A stretch of DNA of 64,000 nucleotides. Source: Octopus sinensis. Its lineage: Eukaryota. Each line of letters begins with the position of its first letter. The first letter of the stretch is position 1. A program made the position numbers and the translations under genes. The notes under the pieces were generated by a model. The model saw nothing but the letters and a program-made list of their open reading frames with translations. It was not told the origin of the DNA and made no database searches. Shown here in pieces: positions 27,121 through 40,423 of this stretch. The stretch is from NCBI RefSeq assembly GCF_006345805.1, contig NC_043003.1:14880001-14944000 (forward strand). Direction: 5' to 3'.

Positions 27121-28779
27121 GACGATGAGGTATATTAAAATATATATGTCTATGTTGTCCATATATACACATCTGTACACTTGACAGTAAGTCTCCTCTG
27201 AAACAAATGTATTACTTTTGGTTGTAGTACTAATAAATTATAAGATATCTAGTAGACTACTTCAACCGTTGTCATACCAATACCTATTTTGCTATACTAA
27301 TTTTGTTTTTATTTAATTTTTTTTTAGTTATAATTTTTTTTTCCTCTTTTTGTTATCAGCTTCACTTCTTATCTTTAATGTTAGTTCATACCAAAAATAG
27401 TATATGCCTGCTAGCACTACTATCAAATATGCAACTGAGAAGTGCTTCTTTCCCACCCCCCGCTCTATAGAACTCATAGATTCCATTTATGTAACCTTTA
27501 ATTCTTCGGTTTCTAACCAAACTCTATGCTATTAACAACCAACCAGAACAGATGTGCTAGAACATTGCTGCCAAGGAAGGATGGAAAACGATAACAAAAA
27601 CAGAAAATAAAATAATAAAAGAGCAAAAAAAAAGCAAGAACAAAAGAGAAAGAAAGACATGGAAATGAAAGAATACCATTTTTGTTGTTGTTATTGTTGT
27701 TGTTGTTGCTGGTTCCACCCATTATAAAACTGTAATGGTTACTTTGAAACCTTACCCTGAAACACAAAGTTTGGTTATTGTAATATTTTTTATTTTATTT
27801 TTACCGCTTTATTTTATTTCATTTTTTATTTTATTTTATTTTTCTCCAGCTGAAATAATATTTCAATATTCTTTGAAGCACCATTAACAGATGCCAACAG
27901 CCTATGAATGAAAATGTGTCCGAAAAACGACAGAAAGAACGAAAGGGAATAAATAAGAAGAAAAGAGATTTATCCATTAAAAGGACATTTTCCTGTATTT
28001 GTGTAAGGTACATGAAAGAATTGTTCCAATATTTTTGCTGACTGCTTTTCTTGAACAAGCTTTGTTCATTCAAAGCTACCCATTGACATCCAAAAGCTAA
28101 GAAGATAAAAGAATTTCACTATGAATGGATAGTTGTATATGCTTGATGGCATTCATACGCAAATGCTTCTCAGAAATCCCATTGCATATTAGTCGATCTG
28201 TTGACAGCAATGAAACCAGAGTGCGTCCTATAATTTAGGGGAAACCAGAGGTTAGCAAAGACAAACTGTGTTTTCCTTCCATTTTTCCTTTCCCTTTTTT
28301 GTTTGTTTTTTTTTTATTTGTGTGTGTGTGGGTGTTTTTAGACATTCGAAGAAGCAGAAATATATTATTGAAAATGAAAATTAAATCCGTGTCTTTTTTA
28401 GCTTTTCTTTTGCGCTTTTGGTTTTTATGTCCACCATTCAACCAGTGGAATGCCATATATTTATTGTTTTATATTAAACCCTCTTTATTGTATTTAAGGT
28501 CATAATGATAGTGAAAATGTTGGTTTGGATTAATACATTTTTCACAGAGGATGGGGGGGGATGGAGATGGGGGGGGCTTTCTCCATGCTCCTATTCCTTG
28601 TTTGGTCAAAATCCAACTCTTCTTATATAATCTCAAACAGAGTGTGTTTAACTCCAATTTTCTTACATTCTTAATTGAAAAGTCACGGGGAGCATGTCAA
28701 AGAGTTTCCCGCCATTTTCACTTCTACAAGACAGAATCATTAAACCATATCTATTTACCTCTAGTTTGCCCTTTCTTGT

Positions 28780-29180
28780 CTGACAACGGCTTCAGTTTTA
28801 CCATTGCCTCAGTCTACCTCAATCTCTTGTTTACCATTATTATGAGTTTATATTGTTCTAAGTTTACCTTTACTTCTGGTTTATAATTACCTCTGGTTTA
28901 CCATTAATTTACTTTTTGCCATGGCCACTGGTTACCATTACTTCATGATTACCTATGCTTCTGGCTTACAATTTTCTCTGGTATACCATAGCCCCTTGTT
29001 TACCACAATCCCTGGATTACCATTGTCTCTGGTGTACCATCATTCTTTCATTTCCACTAATTCCTGTTTAACATTGCCTTAGTTCTACCTCTAGTTATCA
29101 TTATTCTATGTTTATCTCTGTTTCTAGTCTACCAATTATTCATGTTTACTGCTACTTCTGGTCTCTATTTCTTCTGGTTC
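28780..29180. repeat. Degenerate 17-bp minisatellite
   Basis: Minus-strand units ATGGTACACCAGAGACA, ATGGTAATCCAGGGATT, GTGGTAAACAAGGGGCT, ATGGTATACCAGAGAAA, ATGGTAAACCAGAGGTA. Confidence 0.75.
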
Positions 29181-29194
29181 AATATTCTTTTCTA

Positions 29195-29745
29195 CTAAAG
29201 GCACAAGTCAACCTCGGCAGAATTTGAACTTAGAACATAAAGACAGACGAAATACCACTAAGCATTTCGTCCAGCATGCTAACATTTCTGCCAGCTTGCC
29301 ACCTTAAAAAATTCTTTTCTACTCCCCAAAATTTGGGGGGAGGGGGACAGTCAATTAGATCTAACCCAGAATGCAACTGGTACTTAATTTATCCACTCCA
29401 AAAGGATGAATTTAAAGTCAACCTCGGCAGAGTTTGAACTCAGGGCATAAAGACAGATGAAATACTGCTAAGCATTTCACCCGGTGTGCTAACGTTTCTG
29501 CCAGTTTGCCACCTTAAAATATTCTTTTCTACTCAAGGCCCAAGGTCCAAAATTTTAGGGGAGGGGGGTCCAGTTAATTAGATTGACCCCAGTATGCAAC
29601 TGGTACTTAATTTATTGTCCCTGAAAGAATGAAAAACAAAGTCGGCCTCGGCAGAATTTGAACTCAGAACATAAAGATAGATGAAATACCACTAAGCATT
29701 TCACACAGCGTGCTTACCTTTCTGCCAGCTCGCCGCCTTAAGTTA
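29195..29745 (-). mobile_element. Tandem array of three SINE heads, period about 210-225 bp
   Basis: CCTCGGCAGA(A/G)TTTGAACT..AGCATTTC..GCCACCTTAA occurs three times. Confidence 0.8.
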
Positions 29746-30367
29746 CCGAAATATTGTAAAACTTTTGATGCAACACAATATCTAGTTCTGATTATTGTTG
29801 TGGCTGCTGTTGTTGCCGGTACTGCTGCTGCTGCTGCTGTTGTTGTTGTTGCTGCTGCTGCTGCTGTTGTTGTTGTTGCTGCTGCTGCAGCAGTTTAGCT
29901 CCAGGTAAGCTTTGAACTAAATGACAGACACTAGGCTTGGTTCACCGATTCACATCTCCAGATAAACCCTAATCCTTACCTGGATACAAATCATACTGCA
30001 CACTCTAACATGCAGTGATTAATTGTATGATGCACAGTATTACTCTCAGGATGGTTTTACACTCTCGTCCACTGTCCAGTCTGTTTCTGATTGGTGTGGT
30101 GTGGTGGTGGATGAAACAATGAAAGTGTTTCTACCCTGGTCATGGCAATCAAACATATTAAATAATTAGGCGCAGACATGGATGTGTGGTAAGAAGCCTG
30201 CTTCTCAACTGCATGGTACCAGGGTTCAGTCCCACTGCATACCACCTTCAGCAAGTGTTTTCTACTACAGACTCATGCTCATCAAAGTCTTGTGAGAGGA
30301 TTTGGTAGACAGAAACTGAAAGAAGCCTATTGTATGTATACATGTATGTGCATATATCTATACATGC

Positions 30368-30409
<42 letters not shown>

Positions 30410-30492
30410 ATATATACATACATACATACACACACACACACATACACACACACACACATATATATATATATGTATATATGTATGTATATATG

Positions 30493-30527
<35 letters not shown>

Positions 30528-31350
30528 GTATATATACACACACACACACACATACATATATAGTCCACTCAGTTGGATGGTCGGTATTAGGAAGGTCATC
30601 CAGCTGTAAAACCCCTGCCAAGACAGACAGAAGTCTGGTGCAGGATCCTGCCTGGCCAGCTCTGGTCAAACCATCCAACCCATGCCAGCATGGAAGACAG
30701 ACATTAAATGATGATGATGATACACACACACACACACACACGCGCGCGTGCACATGCACACATATGTATATATCTGTATGTGTGTATCTTTGTGTCAGTG
30801 TTTTCTCCTCACCATTGCTTGACAACTGGCGTTGGTGTGTTTACATACCTCTAACTTAGCAGTTCGGCAAAAAAGACCAATACGATAAGTAGAAAGAAAA
30901 ATTCCTAGAGTTGTTTTGTTCAACTAAAAGCTTTCAAGCATGGCCACAGTCCAATGACCAAAACAAGTAAAAGGTAAAAGGTATGAGATTTAAGAATTTA
31001 AACTGCTAGAAACAGCAGCTAAACTTCATTCAGACTTAGTTGTAGAGGTGGAAATGCATGGCTTAGTGGTTAAAGTGTTGCGCTCATGATCATAAGAGTG
31101 TGGTTTCAATTTCTGGATTGGGTGGTGTGTTGTGTTCTTCAGCAAAAACACTTCATTTCATGTTGCTCCGGTCCACTCAGCTTGCAAAAGTGAGTAATCA
31201 TATAGTAGACTAGCATCCTATCCAGGAGGGAATATACACCTCAGAAACTGGAAACAGGCCTATGAGTCTATATTGATTCAGGAAGAAGCTTTATCCATTT
31301 TTCTTTAATTAGTAAAAGGCAATACCATTACTGTCAACTCCTTTACTTTC

Positions 31351-31826
31351 TTAACCCTTTTGTTACCAACCTAGCTGAAACCAGCTCTGGCTCTGAGTAC
31401 AAATGTCTTGCTTTCAAAAGTTTTATGAATTAAAATCTTCCACCAAACTTAGTCACAATTTATGTTCCTAAAACTCACTTAATGATAACTAAGTTATTTT
31501 ACTAAATTCTTTGTTATATTTAAAGTAATTGAAAGAAATACAGAGCATCTCAAAATAAATGTGATAACAAAAGGGTTGAAATATATAAAAGAGAAACAAT
31601 TCTTAACCCTTTTGATACCAGCCTGGCTGAAATCACCTCTGGCTCTGAGTACAAATGTCTCATTTTCAAAAGTTCTGACTTAAAATCTTTCAACAAAACT
31701 TAGTCACAATTTATATTCCTAACACTAGCTTAATGATAACTAAGTTCTTTTACTCAATTCTTTGTTATATTTTAAAATTGAAATAAACAGAGCATCTCAG
31801 AATAAATGCATTAATGAAAGGGTTAA
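31351..31826. mobile_element. Two adjacent piggyBac-type MITEs (about 225 bp each)
   Basis: TTAA-CCCTTT..AAAGGG-TTGA (31351-31579) and TTAA-CCCTTT..AAAGGG-TTAA (31603-31826), with homologous interiors. Similar TTAACCCTT/AAGGGTTAA ends near 9360, 45531 and 49185. Confidence 0.75.
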
Positions 31827-32635
31827 TGAACTAATTAACAAGCTTTTCTGAAGAAATTATTCTATGTTTATTGAATGGTTGTTACACGGTAACCAAAAAT
31901 GACCATTCGTAAATCTCTGTCCATATTATCACTTACAACTATTGCCAATTTACTTTCAAACGAGATGGACCAACAAGGCAGTCTGTATACCATGGCACTA
32001 CCTGGTAGCAATAAAAGATAAATCTTTTTCAAATTCCATTGTAACTTATTTAAAATAAAAAATAAAAATGAATGACTCTTTGGATAATGGAGTTCTAGAC
32101 ACACTATATCTAATTAAAAGACTTTTCATCATCCGTCTTTCCATCAACCACTTACGCATTTCTCTATTGTTCATCACCCACCACCTCCACATTTCACCAT
32201 TCACCTCTCAATCACTCACCTCTCAATCACTCACATCCCCATCACTCACTCTGTTCATAGCTGAAATAGCTTTGATCATAGGTCTACTTGAACAGAGAGC
32301 TGTCCCGGGTCTAAATAGTAACAGTTCCAAAGACAATGAAATTCTCCCAGTTTCATTTGTCTTTGGTTTCACTCAGAAAAGTGAAGCACAAAATCACATT
32401 ACTTTACTTGTGCTTTACTCTACAAAGTAAAGAAATCATGCCAATTTTAATTACCATTAGTTCTTAGCTGCAAAGTATGTCAAGTAGATGTAATTTCCAG
32501 ACAGCTCTCTGCTTCAAACTTTTCTTCTGCGTCATGTACATCTTAAGTTCTGTTCTGTCTACTGCTTTACCTACGATCCCATAGTATTTTTCTTGCTTCT
32601 AATGGAGAAAGCTGGCAGAATTGTTAGAGCCTCAG

Positions 32636-33073
<438 letters not shown>

Positions 33074-33506
33074 TAAAGCGATTACATTGATTCCCCCAGT
33101 CTTCAACTGGTACTTATTTTATCAACCCTGAAAGAATGAAAGCAAAGTTGACATCGGCAGAATTTGAACTCAGAACATAAAGGTGGATGAAACACTGCTA
33201 AGCATTTTGTCCCGTATGCTAACGATTCTGCAAGCTCACCACTTTAACGAGAACGAGAACATATAAGCATGGAATTTCCTCTTGAATATCCAGTTGTAAA
33301 CTTCCACATGTCTGCTACAAAAGTTAGCAAAAGAATTACACTCAGGACAGGATTTTATTTTATTGGTCTCCAAACTTTATGTCAAATTCCTCACAGAATA
33401 TGCCTTTAACCTTTCTTATAGCAAAAATTTCCTAAAAATTGTTTCAAGCCACCCTTACACAACAAGATTACTGACTGTAGATTTCAATCGATAAATGTTA
33501 ATTATA

Positions 33507-33690
33507 CAGTTCTATATTTAAGAGATGAGGAATTATGTACTTTATTTACATTATTTACATTTGACAGATATTTGTCCTCATCTTGTTTGTTGTTAACTTG
33601 ATGAAGGCTGGAGGGTATATCAGCTGAAACGAGTTAACAACGAACAAAATGAAAACAAATATCCGTCAAATGTAAATATTGTAAATAATG
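33507..33690. mobile_element. Family 1 copy B: collapsed fold-back with a single degenerate HHR core in the centre
   Basis: Reverse tail 33507-33597, then TTGATGAAGGCTG..CAGCTGAAACG, then forward tail. 15-bp TSD TAAATGT(T/A)AATTATA at 33492-33506 and 33691-33705. Confidence 0.8.
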
Positions 33691-33738
33691 TAAATGTAAA
33701 TTATATCTATCTATCAACCTGTCTCACTCTATCTCTCC

Positions 33739-33773
<35 letters not shown>

Positions 33774-34249
33774 CACATGCATACACACATGCATGCATAT
33801 ATATATGCTTAGAATAATAGAAAGTGCAAAGTCTCCAGAAATGATTTAAAAAATTGTTCTAAAATCTACAGCTGATTCCATGGTTAAAATACAAACATCA
33901 TCATCCATGTGATTATTTGATTAATATATGAAAATACATAATTAATGAAATTAAAGGAAATGGATAAACAGTTTGAGGAGGAAATAAAATTTAAGCACAA
34001 AATTCAAAACAATGTTGGTGTATGTACATCTATGAATGTTTGTGTGTGAATGATTCTAATCACTGATGGATAATTTGTTTCTTTTTTGTTGTTTAATGTA
34101 TAGCCCTATTAGCTCACAGATCTCTGTTTTATCAAAGTACACCATGCTTATGCTGAGGCATTTATTGTCTTTCCTTTCCCTGTATGTAACAGAGACACTC
34201 ACCAGAAATGCTCAGAAACATCATAGCAAAAAATATGTAAAAGCAAAAC

Positions 34250-34286
<37 letters not shown>

Positions 34287-34502
34287 TCTATCATCAGATA
34301 GGTATATAGGTATGAGTGTGTGTATATGTATGTGTGTGCACAACCACCTATTTATATTAGGTATATGTGTTTATATATATATATGTGTGTATGTGTATCA
34401 TACATATTTATATACATATATATATATATATAAATATATATATATATACATATATATGTGTGTCTGCTTATCTATATGTATGTATGTATGTATGTATACA
34501 TA

Positions 34503-34539
<37 letters not shown>

Positions 34540-34559
34540 TTATATACATATGCATATAC

Positions 34560-34602
<43 letters not shown>

Positions 34603-34620
34603 TATATATATGCATGTCTG

Positions 34621-34673
<53 letters not shown>

Positions 34674-34768
34674 ATATATGTATATATATATAAGCAGACA
34701 TGCATATACTTGTAGTTCCAGTTCATTCCAGCAAGGAAAGCAAACATAAAATAAGGAAGACGGCCATA

Positions 34769-34801
<33 letters not shown>

Positions 34802-35109
34802 TATTTACTCTCTTTACAAAACATAATTGATTCTTCTTTACTTTCTCTCCTCGTCGTCTCTTCAACCATCCAAAATACATCCACAGCCTCCTTTTCCGTT
34901 TTTTTCCTTTTAAGCGCCGTTGTTTGTCCAAACCATTCCTAGTTTTAACTTCTTACCTGAAGGCCAGCACACTTTTCACATATAAAAATATTATGATCAA
35001 GAGGTTCATACAAATAACCTTGTGCAATGTCTGTGAAATTGGAAACCACTGACCCGAATGGTAATTTCCCCATTTGCATGCATTTCTCCTTAAATTACCA
35101 TTCCTAATA

Positions 35110-36170
35110 TTTTTCTCTTTCTCCTTCCTTTATGTCTTTCTACTCTTGAAGTTTTCTCTCCTTGCTTCCTTCTCTGGTTTACTTCTCTTTTTTACCCTTT
35201 TCGCTTCTTTATTTATTTTTCTTCACTTTTCTTCCCCACATCTCGTTATCTTTCTTTCTTTTTCATTTGCCTTTCTTTCTTCCACTCTTTCTTTCATTCG
35301 TTCTTCCTTTCATTCTTTCATTCTTTCTCTCTCTCTTTCTTTCTTCCTTTTTCATTTGTCCTTCTTTCTTCCACTCTTTCTTTCATTCGTTCTTCCTTTC
35401 ATTCATTCATTCTTTCTCTCTCTCTTTCTTCCTTCCTTTATTCTTTCTGTCTTTCTTCATTTGTTGCTTCCTTCCTCCCTCCCTCCCTCCCTCTCGTTCT
35501 TTATTTCTTCCTTCATTTCTTTCTGTATTTCTTAGCTTCTTTCTTCTTTCCTTTCTTCATTCTTTTTATTTCTTTCTCTTTTCATTTCTTTCTTTCTTTC
35601 ATTCATTCTTCCTTTCCTTCTTCATTTCTTTCTTTTCTTCCTTCCTTCCTTCCTTCTTTTCTTTCTTTTCCTTCTTTCTTGCTCCTTTCCTTTCGTTCTC
35701 TTCTTTCTTTCCTTCTTTTACCTCCTTTTATTTCTTTCTTTCTTTCTTCATTTCTTTCTTTTCTTTCTTTCTTTCTTTCCTTCTTTCTTTCTTTTTTTCC
35801 TTCTCTCTTTCCTTCCTTCCTTCCTTCTTTCCATTCTTCTTTCTTTCCTTCTTTTCTTCTTTCATTCTTTCTTTCACTGTTTCATTCTTCCTTCCTTCCT
35901 TCATTACTTCTTCATTTTCTTTCCTCTCCTTCTTTCCTCCTTTCTCTCTTTCTCCCTCTAGCACTCCATTTACCACCATTTCTCCACCACCACCACCACA
36001 ACCATTTTCCATTCCTTATTCTCTTGCCTTTGAGTTTGAGACAATTTTCCTCCAAAGACATCAATAGCATCACTCCTTCCTTCTCTCTCTCCCTCTCCCC
36101 CTCTCTCTTTCTCTCCCTCTCCCCCTCTCTCTTTCTCTCCCTCTCCCTCTCTCTCTCTGTCTTTCTCACT
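35110..36170. repeat. Polypyrimidine tract of about 1 kb (TTTC/TTCC/CT)
   Basis: Almost entirely C/T on the plus strand. Confidence 0.95.
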
Positions 36171-36693
36171 CTGCTGCTTTATGCTCTTCTGATAATACCT
36201 TTGGAGAGGAACGCAACACAACAGTGGCTTTTGACAATGTACAAACCTTGATTTCATATTCAAATAAAAAACTTTCAAAGCAAACACTATAACAAATAAT
36301 TAGAAAAGAAAGAAAAAAAAAAGACAGGCTCCCCCCCTCCTTCTCTGCTTCTCATACAAACACACACACACATACACACATACACACACACACACACATA
36401 CAATACACATACAAAAAGAAAAAAACCAAAGCTTTGCATTACCAATGGACAGTATAATCTAATGCCAGGAATCAAATGAATTAGAGAGAGAGGAGGAGAG
36501 AGAGAGAGGGGGAGAGAGGGAGAGAGAGAGAGAGAGGCAGATAGTTGATAGAGGAAGTGTGAAGATAGAGAGGAACAGTGGGAGAAAGGAAAGAGAGGGG
36601 CGAAGAAGAAAAAGAAAAAGGAGAAGAATATATTGTAAAGAAGAGCAAGACAGCAACTTCTACATCCACAATAGTAACAACAACAAAGTAATA

Positions 36694-36701
36694 ACGATGA
36701 A

Positions 36702-36762
<61 letters not shown>

Positions 36763-36790
36763 GTGATGACGATGATGGTGATGACGATGG

Positions 36791-36828
<38 letters not shown>

Positions 36829-37615
36829 ATGATGATGATGTTGATGATGATGATGAAGATGATGGTGATGATGGTGATGATGATGTTGATGATGGTGATG
36901 ACAGCAGCAGCAGCAGCAGCAGCAGGAGTAGTAAGGAAGTTACCTCTAAAGGGGAGTGAGATCCACAATCACTGAAACAGTTCCAGTTTGTTATTATTGA
37001 CAACATGGTGACCAGAATGATGACAACAACGATGATGATGATGATGATGGAGATGATGATGATGATTATGACGATGACAATGAGGACGATGATGATGCTG
37101 ATGATAATAATGATGGTGATGATGACAATGACGACGACGACGATGATGATGATGATGATAATGATGGTGATGATGATGATGCTGATCATGATGATGGTTA
37201 TGATGGTGATGATGATGATGATGGTGGTGATGGTGACGATGATGATAGTGATGATGATGATGATGATGATAAAGATGATGCTGATGGTCATCATGAAGGT
37301 GATGGTGATGATGATGATGATGATGGTTATGATGGTGATGGTGACGATGATGATAGTGATGATGACGATGATGATAAAGATGATGCTGACGGTCATCATG
37401 AAGGTGATGGTGATGATGATGATGATGATGACGGTGATGACAATAAAGGTGACGATGGTGATGATAATAACAATGTTGATGTTGATGATGAGAATGATGA
37501 TGATGATGATGATGATAATGATGATGATGACGATGGTGACAATGTTGATGGTGATGATGACAATGATGTTGATGATGTTGAGAATAATGGTAGTGATGAT
37601 GATGGGGGGGTGGCG
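36694..37615. repeat. Two long degenerate (GAT)n tracts; the second has an internal ~110-bp duplication
   Basis: GATAAAGATGATGCTGA(T/C)GGTCATCATGAAGGTGATGG occurs near 37268 and again near 37373. Confidence 0.9.
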
Positions 37616-37838
37616 ATGGGGGGGCGGTGGTGGTGGTGGTAGTGGTGGGGATGTTGGAGACAGTTCTTGACTGCAGAGGAAGAGGTAATATTAGTTATGA
37701 ATGCAAGCTGGAGAGAAAGGAATAAATACACATACATGTGTGTGTGTGTATCATCATCATCATTTAACGTCCGCTTTCCATACTAGCATGATATATATGT
37801 ACATACATGTATATGTGTGTGAGTATATATTTATATTA

Positions 37839-37891
<53 letters not shown>

Positions 37892-37896
37892 TATAA

Positions 37897-37927
<31 letters not shown>

Positions 37928-37939
37928 ATATTTATATAT

Positions 37940-37973
<34 letters not shown>

Positions 37974-38045
37974 ATATATATTATATATATATATAATATA
38001 GGTGTGAGTGGGTGGCATATATATATATATTTATATAAATATATA

Positions 38046-38114
<69 letters not shown>

Positions 38115-39070
38115 ATATATACTTATAGGTATAAATGCAGATGTGTGTATCTCTGGGGAGAGAGAGAGAGTGAGGAAAGGTAGAAAGTGATGGTGTGAGA
38201 GATGGAAAATATATAGACTGAAACTAACAGAGTATCATCATCGTCATCATCATCATCATCATCATCATCATCGTCATCATCATCAGCATAGTCACCAGTG
38301 GTAGTAGTAGTGGCAGCAGCAGCAGCAGCAGAAGGTGAGAAAATACATGAAAGCATGTATGAAAGACTGCAGTTGGAGGAAGGGCTTTATAACAGGAGGA
38401 GTGGAAAGAGGAAGAATAGCGAGGGGGGAAAGGGGAGGAGGCAGAGGAAGAGGAAGAGGGGGAAGGTGCTTCGAACTGTGTGGATCTTATGTGGACGTCA
38501 GTGATGTTACAATAACAGGACCCAGGAGGAGAAGGATGAGGAAGGAAAAGAGAAGGAATGGTGAGGGTAGCAGAGGAATGGCGAGAGAGAGGAATGGGAG
38601 AGAGAGAGAGAGAGATGAGAGGGAGGGAGGGAGGAAAGAGGCAGAACATGGTATATCACTGTAGCAGCTTTAACTGTAACAACAACAACATCAGCGGCAG
38701 AAATGGTAACAACAGCAACAACAACAACAACAACAATAATAATAGCAGTGATGAGAACAGCAGAAGCGATGACAATATCGACGCCAATATCGATAAGAAC
38801 AACAATGTCATCATCGATATCATCATCATCATCATCATCATCATCGGCATTGTCATCGACAACAGCTTCAACACCATCTACAATAAATAAATACATAAAT
38901 ATAAGAAAAAAGGGGAAAAAAATGAATGAATCCACTTTGGAACATGTTGGTTTCTAAACAAGACCAGCAATCAGCATGAGAATATTACCATTCCGTTCTT
39001 TGGTAAGGATATGGAAAGGATCAAACTAATAGGGGACTCCTTTAGCAGTGTGGATGGTGTGTGCATATAT

Positions 39071-39132
<62 letters not shown>

Positions 39133-39340
39133 TGTATGTGTATACATATATGTATATATTATATATAGGTATATACATATGTATATATATATATAAGACA
39201 TATATATATATGTATGTATACATTATATATTATATATACATACGTAATTTTATATATTCATTTATATTTATACATGCATATATTTATGTATATATATATG
39301 TATATATATGTGTATATATATCTATATATATATATATGTG

Positions 39341-39379
<39 letters not shown>

Positions 39380-39474
39380 GCATATATATGTGTATATATA
39401 TATGTATATATGCATATATATGTGTGAATGCATATACATGTATATGTGTGTGTGTGTGGAGGGGTATACATATA

Positions 39475-39510
<36 letters not shown>

Positions 39511-40148
39511 TGTATGTATGTATGTATGTATGTATATATACATACAAGGACATATGTGTTTGTGTATGCATGTGTATGTGTGTGTGTGTGTGTATGTAAG
39601 GTCCATCCCTAGCATTTTGGTAACTCGTCTTCTGTTTGGGTTAGCCTCACTTCCATTACGAGGATGCCTGCCAAAAAATAATTGCTGTTTATTACTATGT
39701 TGTTGTTTTTTTTCTTTCTTTGGCACAGAATTGCTATTTTTTTCATTTTGTCATTTCTTTTTTTTTTCTCTCTAGTGAGAAGTATTGTTGATTGACTTAA
39801 CCATTCCAGATTCATATTTTGTATTTTGGAGAAACTAATTCCTCAGCAGGATGCCGTTTCATACACTGACCAATCATCAACGGAATAAGGAACTGGGACT
39901 TGTTTTGGGTTCAGTCAAGCCAGAATTAGTCAGAAAAAGCATTTTATCAAAGAAAAATGGTTGTTAAAAATCTGTAGCTGGAATATTGTCAGAGTCCCAT
40001 ACATCGACTCCGTGCTTAGGAATTGAACCAAAATCACTCCGTTCAAACATAAAAATAATTCAGTTCTATATTTAAGAGATGAGGAATAATATACATTATT
40101 TACATTATTTACATTTGACGCATATTTGTCCTCATCTTCTTTGTTGTT

Positions 40149-40194
40149 AACACAACGTTTCGGCTGATATACTCTCCAGCCTTCATCAGGTGTT
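40149..40194 (-). ncRNA. Minimal type I hammerhead ribozyme motif, best-preserved copy
   Basis: AACAC-CUGAUGA-A-GGCUG-GAGAGUAUAU-CAGCC-GAAA-CG-UU-GUGUU. Stems I and II are perfect 5-bp helices, ACGU is self-complementary in place of stem III, and the cleavage triplet is GUU. Confidence 0.8.
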
Positions 40195-40377
40195 CTGGGG
40201 GAAATTTCGAATTTGGGTTCTCATTCCTAAGGGCATATGGCATAGTGGCTAAGAGCGCAGGCTACTAACCCCAAGATTCCGAGTTCGATTCCAGGTAGTA
40301 CCTGAATAATAATAATAATAATAACAACATTGGAAAAAAACCTTAGGAATGAGAACCCAGGTTCGAAATTTCCCCAA

Positions 40378-40423
40378 GACACCTGATGAAGGCTGGAGGG
40401 TATATCAGCTGAAACATTGTGTT
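40378..40423 (+). ncRNA. Minimal type I hammerhead motif (CpG-decayed)
   Basis: GACAC-CUGAUGA-A-GGCUG-GAGGGUAUAU-CAGCU-GAAA-CA-UU-GUGUU. Confidence 0.7.

Noticed and set aside
32250-32310. Possible 61-nt minus-strand exon (TTTAG / PGTALCSSRPMIKAISAMNR / GTGAGT)
   Set aside because: The donor lies within a TCAC low-complexity run, the peptide is unrecognised and no partner exons were found.
34921-34940. TGTTTGTCCAAACCATTCCT, similar to miR-219
   Set aside because: The seed differs and there is no precursor hairpin.
40231-40305. tRNA-like sequences (this head and other SINE heads) as real tRNA genes
   Set aside because: Acceptor stems do not pair, the copies are diverged, and each is fused to a repeat body.
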